From an uncultured candidate division Zixibacteria bacterium (lineage in GTDB: Bacteria > Zixibacteria > MSB-5A5 > GN15 > FEB-12), in contig OY760907.1 in the NCBI GenBank assembly GCA_963664195.1, positions 2,432,001 to 2,496,000 on the forward strand: DNA of 64,000 bases. Direction: 5' to 3'. A program made the position numbers and the translations under genes. Each line of letters begins with the position of its first letter. The stretch's first letter is position 1. This document shows, in pieces, positions 50,828-61,136 of this stretch. Under the pieces are notes generated by a model that saw only the letters and a list, made by a program, of their open reading frames with translations, searched no databases and was not told the DNA's origin.

Positions 50828-51778
50828 ATGGTAACAACGGACACAGTCGTTTGCCTTGTGTTCTTGACCGGTGCAGCTGTCTTCGTTATTGCTGCTGTGA
50901 GAAAGACGGTTGGCTTCCTGATGGAGACGCCCGGATACAGCAACCCTGAGGTCTTTGCTGAGCAACTGCGCCAGCTGGCGGGAGCTCTTTCGGCACGTCG
51001 TGGCGAAGACCGGGGTAACGCTGAGTCGGTTCGGAAACTGGTGAAGAGTATTAGACTTGAGGCAACATTGGTCTCCGGGTCGCGTCCGTTCTACTTCGGG
51101 CTGGCGGCGTGCATCGGCAGTTATGCTAGGTTGGCGGTCGACAATAGCCCGCTGATAAAGGATGAGACGCGCGAAGACTCCGGAGAGTTGATTCGCGGTA
51201 TTGCTGCACAGTTGACCAGCACAGCTGACTCACTCGAATCAGTGAGTAAAATACTCAGCATCAAGAGCAACCTGTACAAAGCCGTTCTGGATGATCTCTC
51301 GTCACCCGCACCCGACCCCGAGATTGACTCGACCTATCTCATCGACTCACTAAGAGAGCAAAGGGTGCCGGTAGGTTGGGGCTGGGGCGGGCAGGATCTG
51401 GCTCGTCTGGAGAGAATCAGGGATTGCCTGGAGGAGTTGTGCCGTCAACCCTCGACGCTCGGGCACAGAGGATCAAATACAGATATCTTGCTCGCGACGC
51501 TGACGCTGCGAAACATTTCTGCGTTCTTGTGGAAACGTGCCTCGAGGCGACGCTACCTACCCGATTTTCTGCGGTGGAACTATCGCAAACAGATGGGAAT
51601 GTTCAACAAGCTACTCGAACTGTGGGCCAAGGATCGATACTCTGAGGTGGCACGAAAGGGCTTTTCGTTCCCAGAGATCATTCTGTCCGAGCAGGAGAAA
51701 GAGCAAGTCTATCCAAAGTTGCCACCAGAGTATTCTTCCGGCGTAGTGTCTTTGCGTGGTGTACGATGGTCCGGATGA
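50828..51778 (+). CDS. hypothetical protein, N-terminal TM plus helical domain
   Basis: GGAGG RBS and ATG 1 nt after the upstream stop; no recognised family. Confidence 0.65.
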   Translation: MVTTDTVVCLVFLTGAAVFVIAAVRKTVGFLMETPGYSNPEVFAEQLRQLAGALSARRGEDRGNAESVRKLVKSIRLEATLVSGSRPFYFGLAACIGSYARLAVDNSPLIKDETREDSGELIRGIAAQLTSTADSLESVSKILSIKSNLYKAVLDDLSSPAPDPEIDSTYLIDSLREQRVPVGWGWGGQDLARLERIRDCLEELCRQPSTLGHRGSNTDILLATLTLRNISAFLWKRASRRRYLPDFLRWNYRKQMGMFNKLLELWAKDRYSEVARKGFSFPEIILSEQEKEQVYPKLPPEYSSGVVSLRGVRWSG

Positions 51779-51848
51779 TCGAGACATGTAGTGGCCTCAG
51801 CACAGTTATGTGTTGATTAACCCGCTCCGGTCACCTATCCTTCGCTCC

Positions 51849-53021
51849 GTGGATATCGTTAAACAGAAAATCAAACAGGCCGGTGCCATTCTCGACGAAC
51901 TGGATATAGACATCTGGCTGCTCTTCGTGCGCGAGACTGGAATGCAGGCCGATCCCGCCATGCCGCTCGTCGTCGGCAATGACGATTGCACCTGGCAGTC
52001 GGTTTTCGCATACACACGCACTGGCAAGGCGACTGCCCTCGTCGGAAACTTCGACAGGGACATTTACACCCGGCACGGTCGATTCGACGAAGTTCTCACC
52101 TACACGCAAGGCGTGAAACAGGACATCAATCGCCTGCTTGACCGTCTCAAACCGTCGTCGATTGCACTCAACTATTCCACCAGCAATCCGGCAGCCGACG
52201 GCCTCACCTACGGCATGTATCAACTGCTGTGTGAGTATCTCGACGGGTCTCCGTATCGCGATTGTCTCGTGTCCGCCGAATCTCTGTTGGGGAAGCTGCG
52301 CAGCCGCAAGACACCGATGGAAACTCAGCGATTGGAGGCAGCCTCGGTGATGGCCACCGATGTCTGGCGCGGGGTGGTCAAGAAAATCGATATCGGCATG
52401 ACGGAGATTGAAGTCGGCGCTCTCATCGACAACACGATCCGAGAGATGGGAGGTACGGCCTCCTTCCCGACAATCGTCAACGCCGGCGACAAAACCAGCC
52501 CCGGTCACGGCCACCCGACCGAAGCCAGACTGGAGGCCGGGGACCTGCTCCACGTCGACTTCGGTGTTCGCCTCGACGACTACTGTTCCGATATCCAGCG
52601 CCTGGTCTATTTCACGCGCCCCGGTGAATCGGGACCGTCGCCCGAACTGGTCGAGACTTTTGAGACCGTCCGAGATATCATCACCGAAACCGGCGTGAAG
52701 TGCCGTCCGGGTGTACAAGGACATGAAGTCGATGCCCTTGCGCGCCGGATTCTGGCCGACAACGGCTACGAGGAATACCAGCACGCTCTCGGTCATCAAC
52801 TTGGCCGTGCGGTACACGACGGTGGGGCGCTGATCGGTCCGAAATGGGAACGGTACGGTCCGTCGCCGTCCATGGAAATTGAAGAGACAAACGTGTTCAC
52901 GCTCGAACTCGAGATCATGCTGCCGGGTATAGGCTGTTGCGGTCTCGAAGAAGACGTGAGTATCACAAAACAGGGGGCACGTTTTCTGTGCCCGCGCCAA
53001 CTGGAGTTGATTGTCAAATGA
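51849..53021 (+). CDS. Xaa-Pro peptidase family (M24)
   Basis: VDFG...YCSDIQR; HALGHQLG..VHD; TLE; LEED. Confidence 0.93.
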   Translation: MDIVKQKIKQAGAILDELDIDIWLLFVRETGMQADPAMPLVVGNDDCTWQSVFAYTRTGKATALVGNFDRDIYTRHGRFDEVLTYTQGVKQDINRLLDRLKPSSIALNYSTSNPAADGLTYGMYQLLCEYLDGSPYRDCLVSAESLLGKLRSRKTPMETQRLEAASVMATDVWRGVVKKIDIGMTEIEVGALIDNTIREMGGTASFPTIVNAGDKTSPGHGHPTEARLEAGDLLHVDFGVRLDDYCSDIQRLVYFTRPGESGPSPELVETFETVRDIITETGVKCRPGVQGHEVDALARRILADNGYEEYQHALGHQLGRAVHDGGALIGPKWERYGPSPSMEIEETNVFTLELEIMLPGIGCCGLEEDVSITKQGARFLCPRQLELIVK

Positions 53022-53830
53022 GAAGACTCGTCCTCCTTGCTATGATAGGCCTGCTCGCCGCCGGATGCGGTCCCAAACCCGTCGTCGAAGACGAGACATC
53101 TAAAGCCGTCTCCGTTAGCGACGTCCGTGTCGAAGTCAACGACCATGAAATGACTGTGATCTGGAAGAAGATTGGTACAGGCAACATTTCCGGCTACAAC
53201 GTTTACATTGCACCGGCCTCGGACGGTAGTCCCGCTTTGGGCAAGTCACATAACGGCGATCCGTATCCCGGGGACACTGACCCGGAGGACGGCATCGAGC
53301 ATTATCCGGCCAAGTACCTTGATAATGGTGTGATGTATGCGGTGCAAGTGAGTGTAGTGTTCCCCGATGGCTCGACCTCTAAACCGTCGGCGCCGGTGAA
53401 AGCCGTCTGCGGAGCCAGGGGTAACATTGATCTGGACGTGCGGTACAATGGTGAACACGATGGCTACTCGTTTGAGAAGAACAGCTACGTTCGCGCCGAT
53501 GGAGTGAATAACGATCTGTATTTCCATTTCAAGGACGGACAGGCCTTCCTGGCATCACCGTCGCGCCTTGACGGGTTCCTGAATCAGAACAAGTTGCTGG
53601 TGCTTCCGTACAGGGGAGATTACGACGAGGTCGCTGCGAAGTTGATGGAGTCCAAAGTCACCGCAACCGAAGACATGGTGGAGGTCAAAAAGGGCGACTG
53701 GGTATTAATCCAGACCGCGACAGAAAAGAACGCTCTTGTCAACGTTATTGGTGTAGACGGAGCCGGCAAAGATACACGCGTTTCATTGTGGTTTGCGTAC
53801 AGCACGCTTATCGGTGAGGTGTTCTTCTAG
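53018..53830 (+). CDS. lipoprotein with FN3-like domain
   Basis: Lipobox AAG-C; W..GYNVY..LDNG..Y.VQV; ATGA overlap with the M24 gene. Confidence 0.8.
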   Translation: MRRLVLLAMIGLLAAGCGPKPVVEDETSKAVSVSDVRVEVNDHEMTVIWKKIGTGNISGYNVYIAPASDGSPALGKSHNGDPYPGDTDPEDGIEHYPAKYLDNGVMYAVQVSVVFPDGSTSKPSAPVKAVCGARGNIDLDVRYNGEHDGYSFEKNSYVRADGVNNDLYFHFKDGQAFLASPSRLDGFLNQNKLLVLPYRGDYDEVAAKLMESKVTATEDMVEVKKGDWVLIQTATEKNALVNVIGVDGAGKDTRVSLWFAYSTLIGEVFF

Positions 53831-53963
53831 CACTGTAATAGCTGAAGTAATCGAACGGGGACGGTCTGTGTATCGTTCCCGTTTTTCTGTTTTATCTTGC
53901 CCGACCACTCAAGTCCTCTTTATCGTCAGGTGGCAAGGCAAACCGAAGCAAACAGGGGATACG

Positions 53964-55523
53964 ATGACGATCAAATCGATAATGCCAGTGATTCTCACCC
54001 TGGCTCTGCTGCTTTCTGCAACCGATTCACTTGCGCTGGATACCGCGCGGTATGACGAGTTGACCTCCGTCACAGATTCTGCCCGGACAATGGAGGTCGA
54101 TGTTTTTGCGCCCGAACTGTGGAATAAGGCACAGCAGAAGTACCGTGAGGCAACGGAGGCAGTAGAGAAAAACAAGAAACAGCAGGACCTAGATCGAAAG
54201 GTCACTGAGTCTCGCGAGTTTCTGGAGAATGCCCTCAGGGCGACCGAGGTAGGGCGTTTGTCTTTGCAGGAGTACCTGTCGCCTCGTGATAAGGCCAAGG
54301 CTGCCAAGGCCGCTTTGTTGGTCCCGGAACTGTGGGCCGAGGCCGAGGCTCAGTTCGTAAAGGCAACGAAAAAGACCGAGGCTGGCGATGTCAAGAACGC
54401 CCTCAAAGAAGCGGAAAAGGCACGCCCCCTGTACGATAATGCAGAAATCGAAGCCATCCGCGTCGATGTTCTGGGTACGGCAGACAAGCTCATTGAGAGG
54501 GCACTGGCTGACGATGCCGAGAAGTTTGCCCCGTCAACCCTGGACAGAGCCCGCTCCGCTCGCCAGAAGGCGGATGCCATAATCACGACTGATCGGTACA
54601 ATCGGGACGATGCTACGATTGAAGCAAAACGAGCCGAATATGAGGCGCGACACGCTTCCAATATCGGACTCTCTGTCAGGTCACTCAATCGCAACGACCA
54701 AGCCTGGGAAAAGCTGATGCTCGTCTACGAGATTCAGATGGATCGCGTGGGGGATGCCATCGGTGCAGAGCAATTGCCGTTTGATGAAGGGCCGCTGGCA
54801 GCCGCGGATACACTGGTCAACTATATCACCTATCTGAAAGAGTCCAACGAGCGCTTGAGCGCCGGGGCCGACAGACTCTACGGCGAAGTCAGCTCCCAGC
54901 TCAAAGAAACGCTCGCAAGGTTGGGTGTAGAACCTCCGGTTGACGATCCGGTGATGCTCGCTCAGACGGTGGACATTCAGGTCAAAAATCTCCAGAGAGA
55001 CAAGACTGCGCTTGAGCAGCAACTTGAAAAACAGAACGTGCAGATGGCCGAACTTGCCGAAAAACACGAACGAGTCATGGGTGAACTCGACTCCAGATTA
55101 GAACGTGAGCAACGTTTCAAAGACGCCAAAGCTGCGCTGGATCCGACCGATGGCGAAGTGCTTTTCAACGCCTCCAACGACATCGTGCTGCGACTGACCG
55201 GTCTGTCGTTTAAGTCCGGCAAACACGAGATTCAGGATGATCAGATTCCGCTCCTTGAGAAGGTCAAAGGCATTATCGAGTTGTTTCCCGACGCCCAACT
55301 GGTGGTCGAGGGGCATACCGATGCCCAGGGTGATCCCAAAGGCAATATGACGCTGTCGGAAAAGCGGGCCTACTCGGTGATGCAGTACCTGCGACAGAGT
55401 TTGTTGATTCCGGCCGATCGTATTCAGTCGATGGGATTCGGTGCCGATAGACCGGTAGCCTCCAACAAGACGCCGGAGGGTCGCGCCAAGAATCGCAGGA
55501 TCGACGTCATCCTGATGCAGTAG
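53964..55523 (+). CDS. exported coiled-coil protein with C-terminal OmpA-like peptidoglycan-binding domain
   Basis: Signal peptide; repeated FAP/LVP-x-L-W helical units; VEGHTD, NMTLSEKRA, NRRIDV. Confidence 0.9.
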   Translation: MTIKSIMPVILTLALLLSATDSLALDTARYDELTSVTDSARTMEVDVFAPELWNKAQQKYREATEAVEKNKKQQDLDRKVTESREFLENALRATEVGRLSLQEYLSPRDKAKAAKAALLVPELWAEAEAQFVKATKKTEAGDVKNALKEAEKARPLYDNAEIEAIRVDVLGTADKLIERALADDAEKFAPSTLDRARSARQKADAIITTDRYNRDDATIEAKRAEYEARHASNIGLSVRSLNRNDQAWEKLMLVYEIQMDRVGDAIGAEQLPFDEGPLAAADTLVNYITYLKESNERLSAGADRLYGEVSSQLKETLARLGVEPPVDDPVMLAQTVDIQVKNLQRDKTALEQQLEKQNVQMAELAEKHERVMGELDSRLEREQRFKDAKAALDPTDGEVLFNASNDIVLRLTGLSFKSGKHEIQDDQIPLLEKVKGIIELFPDAQLVVEGHTDAQGDPKGNMTLSEKRAYSVMQYLRQSLLIPADRIQSMGFGADRPVASNKTPEGRAKNRRIDVILMQ

Positions 55524-55757
55524 CGTTGCAGTGCAACAACTTGTCTAACCGCCTGTCCCCGTTGCCCTCCGCTAATGCTGGCAATGTCGGTCTTATTTGT
55601 TCGGCGCAGATTCTGCTCTTGTCGATTTGAGGTTTGCTATTATATTGTAGGGTCTTTTCGAATCACGCAATACATGCCAGTGTTGTTTCACACCAGACGC
55701 ATTGGAAGATATCTTAACGGGTTAGGGTCTATTAATCCAGCTATGGGAAGGATTAGC

Positions 55758-58700
55758 ATGTCCAAAGCATTAACGATTGCATTATTGGGAGTAATGCTGC
55801 TTGCCTCTCTGGCCTTCGGCGAACGTGTCGTGGTCAGTTCGACGAATGACGACGTCGACGTAACGGTTGAGCAGTCGAACTCCTCTCGGACGGTCCTGCG
55901 GTTTGACGTGGGTGCGTTCGACCAAACTCCTATCGAGATCAACGGCGAGATGTACCAGCAGGTCAGTATCGACCACGAAGGCATCCTGCTTCAAAAAGGC
56001 GGGCCTCAACTGCCGCGTTTGAGCCGGAGTATTATCATCCCGGACGACGCGCAGATGCAGGTCAAAGTAATCGACGCGGAGTACGTCGACTACGCCAACG
56101 TGGCGGTAGCTCCATCGAAGGGCAGTTTCACGCGTGACATCGCCCCGGAAAGCATTCCTTACACGTTTGGCTCGGTCTATGAAAAAGACGAGTTCTATCC
56201 GTCCGCACTGGCGAGCATCCGCGATCCGTTCATTCTGCGTGACTATCGCGGTCTGGTGGTTGACGTCAACGCCTTCCAGTACAACCCGTCCACGAAGACA
56301 CTTCGGGTGTACAGTTCGGTTACGGTTGAAGTGTACTCTGACGGTCCGGCGAGGATCAACGCGTTCACCGGTGACATGTCCGCGAAGGCGTTGACCCCGG
56401 ATTTCGATCTGGTGTACGAGCGTCGTTTTGTGAACTACGCCAATCAGTCGAAGTACACGTCGCTCCCGGAAGCAGGCGATCTGCTGATTATCACGTACGA
56501 TGGTTTCCACGACGCGATGCTTCCGCTGGCGGAGTGGAAGATGCAGAAGGGTATCAAGACGACGATGGTTGACGTTTCGACCATTGGCAACACGACTACC
56601 GCCATTGGCGATTTCATCTCCGACTTTTACGATTCCACGAATCTGGCTTACGTGCTGTTGGTTGGAGACTATACGCAGGTAACCACTCCCCAGGCCTCCG
56701 GCGGCGCTTCGGATCCGAGCTACATGAAGCTTGCTGGTTCTGATGATTACCCGGACGCATTCATCGGTCGTTTTTCGGCTGAAACGGTGGCACACGTTGA
56801 GACTCAGGTTGAACGTACTATTGCATACGAAAGCAACCCGAATGTTGGCGCCTGGCTGCACAAGGGTGCGGGCGTGGCCTCCAGCGAAGGTTCTGGAGTC
56901 GGCCACAACGGTGAGGCCGATTACGAACACATGGATTTGATCCGTGACGATTGGCTGGGTTTCACTTACACGCAGGTAGACCAGCTATATGCGACCACCG
57001 GTGCTTCTGCGTCTGACGTATCAGCGGCGTTGAACGAAGGTCGCAGCACGATCAACTACTGCGGTCACGGTTCGACGACGAGCTGGGTAACGACGGGTTT
57101 CAGCAACACCGACGTGAACAATCTGACCAACACCGATATGCTACCGTTTATCTTCAGCGTCGCCTGTGTGAACGGCAACTTCGACGGTTCCACGTGTTTC
57201 GCCGAGGCTTGGCTTCGTGCCGAGTACAACGGTGAGCCGACGGGCGCGATTGGTACGTTTATGTCGTCGATCAACCAGGATTGGGTCCCGCCGATGGACG
57301 GCGAGGACGAAATGGTAGACCTTTTGGTAGCCCAGGCGAAGGTGACGATGGGTGGTGTGTGCTTCAACGGTTCGGCGAAGATGATCGAGCTTGATGCCGG
57401 CGGCAACGGTGTGAAGAACGCGGACACCTGGCACATCTTTGGTGACCCGACGGTGCTTCTTCGCACGGACATTCCAGCTGACCTGACGGTAAGTCACGCA
57501 TCCATCATGCTGTTCACAGACACGCATTTTGATGTGACGGTTTCCGGTGAAGAGGGTGCACTTTGTGCCATCTATTACGACGGTACGCTGTACGGTTCGG
57601 CTTACACGGATGCCGGCGGCCTGGCGAGTATCCCGTTCACGGACCAGCTTCCGGTGGGTGAGGCTGTGACGTTGACGGTGACGAGTTTCAACGGAATGCC
57701 GTACATCACGACCGTGCAGGTAATCGCTCCTTCCGGCCCGTATGTGATTTACAACGGCAGCACGATTGACGATGCCGCCGGTAACAACAATGGCATGGTG
57801 GATTTCGGAGAGAGCATCACGCTCGGCATGCAGTTGCAGAACGTTGGTCCGGACGACGCTCTTGACGTCAACGCGACCATCGCCACGGCTGACGGCTACG
57901 TGACGATCACCGATGACACCGAAGCCTACGGCACAATCGCCGGTGACTTTGGTCTCAGCAACATCGCCGACGCCTTTGCGTTCGACGTATTGCCGAGTAC
58001 ACCTGATGGCCACGTCGTCACGTTCACGTTGACCGTGACCGGAACCGCGCGTGATACGTGGGAAGGTACTTTCACCATCCCGGTCCACGCTCCTGAAATC
58101 GGTTATGTGTCTGTATCCATTGATGACGCTCTTGGTGGCGACGGCAACGGTATTCTTGATCCGGGTGAAACGGCTGACATTATTGTCACTGTTGAGAACT
58201 CCGGTTCGGGCGATGCCTTTGGTGTCGAGGCCTACCTGAGCGAGTCCGATTCGTACGTCACGATTGACGATGACTACGGTCTGTTCGGCGACATCGCCGC
58301 CAGCGCTTCGGCGACCAACGCCGGTGATCGTTTCGCCGTGACAGCGGACGGAGGCTGTGGTCTGGGCCACGAAGTCACCCTGGATTTGGCGCTCAGCACA
58401 GCGGCCGGGTACACGGTTGATCTGAACTGCCAGATTATCATTGGAGATCGCGTAGTGTTCTACTTTGATGATTTCGCTATGAACCAGGGTTGGACCGGCC
58501 TCGGCGGAACGGCTGAGTGGACTATCGGCCCGGCGGTTGGCGGTGGTACTTCAAATGGTGTCGATCCTGCCGAGGACCACACTGCGACCGGTGACAACAT
58601 GGTTATGGGCAACGATCTGACCTCGGCCGGCAACTACAACGACAACATCAGCGGAACACAGTGGATTGAATCCCCGGTTCTCGATTGCAGTGGCTTTACC

Positions 58701-59516
58701 GGCGTGGAGATGCGCTACTGGCATTTCCTGGGCTGTGAATCCTCGAGTTATGACCATGTTTATTTGCAGGTCTACAACGGCACAACCTGGGTGCAACTCT
58801 ACACCAACGGTGCCACGTTCCAGGAGACCGAATGGCTCGAAGACTTCTACGATCTATCAGCCTATGCTGACGGCAACGCCAACTTCCAGATCAGATTCGG
58901 TATGGGTTCCTCTGACGGTTCTGTTACCTACGGCGGCTGGAACATCGACGATATCGAGTTGAAGGGCTACGGCCATGTCGGCACGCCGAACTGCGAATTC
59001 GCGGATTCGGTGCTCACGGCTACTTTCCTGCCGGGTGACACGGGCCAGGAGAATCTCGTGGTATTCAACACGGGCGACGGTTCTCTGCGAATTGCTTTTT
59101 CGGCTTCAGAGACTTGGATGTCCTGCAATAGTGATCAGCACGTGATTGAATCGGGCGACAGCCTGGCACTTCCGATCACGTTCCACTGTGCCGGACTTGC
59201 CGTCGGCCAGTATGACGGTATGCTTTCCTTCACCTCGAACGATGCCACCCTGTCAGCCGGACAGCATCCGGTGGCCCTGCAGGTTGGTTGCTGCATCGGA
59301 TCGGTCGGCAATGTTGACAGCAGCCCGGATGATCTGGTGACGTTGAGTGATCTTACGGTTCTGATCGACAATCTGTTTATCAGCCTGACGCCTGTCGATT
59401 GTGTGGGAGAAGGCAATACGGACTTGAGCGGCGACGATTTGATAACCATGTCTGACCTGGCCGTCCTGATCGACCACTTGTTCATTTCGCTTGATCCGCT
59501 TCCGAACTGCAAGTAG
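55758..59516 (+). CDS. gingipain-like C25 cysteine peptidase with propeptide, Ig-like/adhesin domains and C-terminal dockerin-like domain
   Basis: Signal peptide; YVLLVGD; NYCGHG (His); SVACVNG (Cys); IFGDP; GWNIDDI; CC..GNVD..DLTVLIDNLF duplicated. Confidence 0.93.
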   Translation: MSKALTIALLGVMLLASLAFGERVVVSSTNDDVDVTVEQSNSSRTVLRFDVGAFDQTPIEINGEMYQQVSIDHEGILLQKGGPQLPRLSRSIIIPDDAQMQVKVIDAEYVDYANVAVAPSKGSFTRDIAPESIPYTFGSVYEKDEFYPSALASIRDPFILRDYRGLVVDVNAFQYNPSTKTLRVYSSVTVEVYSDGPARINAFTGDMSAKALTPDFDLVYERRFVNYANQSKYTSLPEAGDLLIITYDGFHDAMLPLAEWKMQKGIKTTMVDVSTIGNTTTAIGDFISDFYDSTNLAYVLLVGDYTQVTTPQASGGASDPSYMKLAGSDDYPDAFIGRFSAETVAHVETQVERTIAYESNPNVGAWLHKGAGVASSEGSGVGHNGEADYEHMDLIRDDWLGFTYTQVDQLYATTGASASDVSAALNEGRSTINYCGHGSTTSWVTTGFSNTDVNNLTNTDMLPFIFSVACVNGNFDGSTCFAEAWLRAEYNGEPTGAIGTFMSSINQDWVPPMDGEDEMVDLLVAQAKVTMGGVCFNGSAKMIELDAGGNGVKNADTWHIFGDPTVLLRTDIPADLTVSHASIMLFTDTHFDVTVSGEEGALCAIYYDGTLYGSAYTDAGGLASIPFTDQLPVGEAVTLTVTSFNGMPYITTVQVIAPSGPYVIYNGSTIDDAAGNNNGMVDFGESITLGMQLQNVGPDDALDVNATIATADGYVTITDDTEAYGTIAGDFGLSNIADAFAFDVLPSTPDGHVVTFTLTVTGTARDTWEGTFTIPVHAPEIGYVSVSIDDALGGDGNGILDPGETADIIVTVENSGSGDAFGVEAYLSESDSYVTIDDDYGLFGDIAASASATNAGDRFAVTADGGCGLGHEVTLDLALSTAAGYTVDLNCQIIIGDRVVFYFDDFAMNQGWTGLGGTAEWTIGPAVGGGTSNGVDPAEDHTATGDNMVMGNDLTSAGNYNDNISGTQWIESPVLDCSGFTGVEMRYWHFLGCESSSYDHVYLQVYNGTTWVQLYTNGATFQETEWLEDFYDLSAYADGNANFQIRFGMGSSDGSVTYGGWNIDDIELKGYGHVGTPNCEFADSVLTATFLPGDTGQENLVVFNTGDGSLRIAFSASETWMSCNSDQHVIESGDSLALPITFHCAGLAVGQYDGMLSFTSNDATLSAGQHPVALQVGCCIGSVGNVDSSPDDLVTLSDLTVLIDNLFISLTPVDCVGEGNTDLSGDDLITMSDLAVLIDHLFISLDPLPNCK

Positions 59517-59537
59517 TAAGCGAAATCACTCAATTGC

Positions 59538-59569
59538 AAACGGCCATCTTCCTGCGAAGATGGCCGTTT
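59538..59569. terminator. bidirectional terminator-like hairpin
   Basis: AAACGGCCATCTTC-CTGC-GAAGATGGCCGTTT between convergent genes. Confidence 0.75.
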
Positions 59570-59598
59570 CCGTTTACCGCACGATTCATTGTGGAAGA

Positions 59599-60339
59599 TC
59601 AGCGGCGTCGGATGTCTCCGGATCCGTGCACGTTCTTGGAGACATCTTCCGGGTCGCCGTAGTAAGTAATGTCACCGCTGCCGTTGACGGTGCCGTCAAA
59701 ATACTCCGTGGCATGTACCTTCACATCGCCGGACCCCTGAATTGTCACCGTCGCCTCTTTCGAGGTCAGTCGACGCGCGTCGACATCACCTGAACCGCGT
59801 ACCTTGACGAAGACTTCGTCGGCATCTCCTCGAAGATCCACATCGCCCGAACCGGCCACGTAGACCTCGATAGAGGTCGCCCGTCCCTCTATATCAGCGT
59901 CGCCGGAACCGCTGATCCGGACCTCAAACTGCTCTTGATCGAGTTCGAGAACCGTAACGTCACCGGAACCGTCGATCTCAACTCTCTCCAGACCCGGGAG
60001 CGTGATTTCCACAAGCAGGCCCCGTCGGGAACGGTAAGGCTCTTCCACTCCAACTTTCAGCTCTCCACGGCTCGTGACTTCCGTGTAGACATTGTCCAGC
60101 AGGTTGTCGTCCCCCTCGACCACGACACTCTGGTCTTCACCCAGAGTGATATGCAGATCAATCGAGCCGTCCAGTTCGATCCTGCTAAACGGTTTCAGGT
60201 CCCGCGTCTCCGAAGCCAGATCACCCGACCCTCGTTCGTCTTTGCCGAATCCGAACCAATCACCCGCCATCACGGCGGGACAGAGGTACAGGGCGGCTGC
60301 CAGTACGAGTCCGATCACCGTCATCAGTCGCTTTGTCAT
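59599..60339 (-). CDS. DUF2807 / head-GIN beta-helix protein
   Basis: Signal peptide; repeated GSGD units; GGAGGAG RBS. Confidence 0.9.
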   Translation of the reverse strand: MTKRLMTVIGLVLAAALYLCPAVMAGDWFGFGKDERGSGDLASETRDLKPFSRIELDGSIDLHITLGEDQSVVVEGDDNLLDNVYTEVTSRGELKVGVEEPYRSRRGLLVEITLPGLERVEIDGSGDVTVLELDQEQFEVRISGSGDADIEGRATSIEVYVAGSGDVDLRGDADEVFVKVRGSGDVDARRLTSKEATVTIQGSGDVKVHATEYFDGTVNGSGDITYYGDPEDVSKNVHGSGDIRRR

Positions 60340-60451
60340 TCTCTCTCCTCCAATCGATAGACTGTATGGTACAATCCTACGCAGGATTAGACAGTCGGTT
60401 GCGTGATGATGTTGCAGTCGATACGTTTGTGCCGGGGCAGGATGGGGGAGA

Positions 60452-61033
60452 CTATTGCTTTTCGTCGCCGGTCGGGATGTTGAAACTCTGTTGACGGACA
60501 TTTGTAATCAGCGTTCGCTCGAGCTGATCGGGCATATTTGGTACGAGTTCATTGGCCAGGATCGCGACGGCGCAGCGGTCGAGGGCGGGGTGTATGTCAT
60601 CCCAGCGAACGGTCTGTATCCACAGCGTATGCTTGGGCTTAAGGCCGTCCTCTACATATCCCTTGTAACCTTGGTCTACCGTCTTCTGCATTGCCTTTTC
60701 GTTGCCCTTCCAGTTGACATGGGCACAGAGAATGTAAATGCCACGGTCCTTCGGATCCAGGGATTCGAGTGCTGAGATCAAATAACGGTTCTCCTTTGTG
60801 TACATGCGGAGAACTACTCGCATCCGCGTGCCGGACTCAAGTTCCTCCTCGCCCTCTTTCGGCGGGAAAACTCGAATGCATTCATCCCAATGACGGATAT
60901 CATCCGAGGCCGGCAGTTTGACCTCTTGCAACCACTCAAGAAGGACTTCCCGCATCCGCTCGACGTCCATCAGCGGGAGATCTTTCTGATACTGGTCCTT
61001 GATCGCCGTCTTAATTCTTTCTAGCTCTGACAT
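60452..61033 (-). CDS. hypothetical cytoplasmic protein
   Basis: 193-aa ORF with natural composition; no recognised family. Confidence 0.75.
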   Translation of the reverse strand: MSELERIKTAIKDQYQKDLPLMDVERMREVLLEWLQEVKLPASDDIRHWDECIRVFPPKEGEEELESGTRMRVVLRMYTKENRYLISALESLDPKDRGIYILCAHVNWKGNEKAMQKTVDQGYKGYVEDGLKPKHTLWIQTVRWDDIHPALDRCAVAILANELVPNMPDQLERTLITNVRQQSFNIPTGDEKQ

Positions 61034-61136
61034 TTTATTCCCGTAGCAAGATACCGGTGCTCTTAAGGGAGGTTCCTCTATTCAGTATATCGGCTTGTAC
61101 GTCAAGGAGTTGAGCCGCCTTGTTCGGGATGCACAT

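Noticed and set aside
53937..53963. GGCAAACC resembling the start of a c-di-GMP-I riboswitch
   Set aside because: No P1 hairpin with GNRA loop and no second stem; the sequence runs straight into the RBS.
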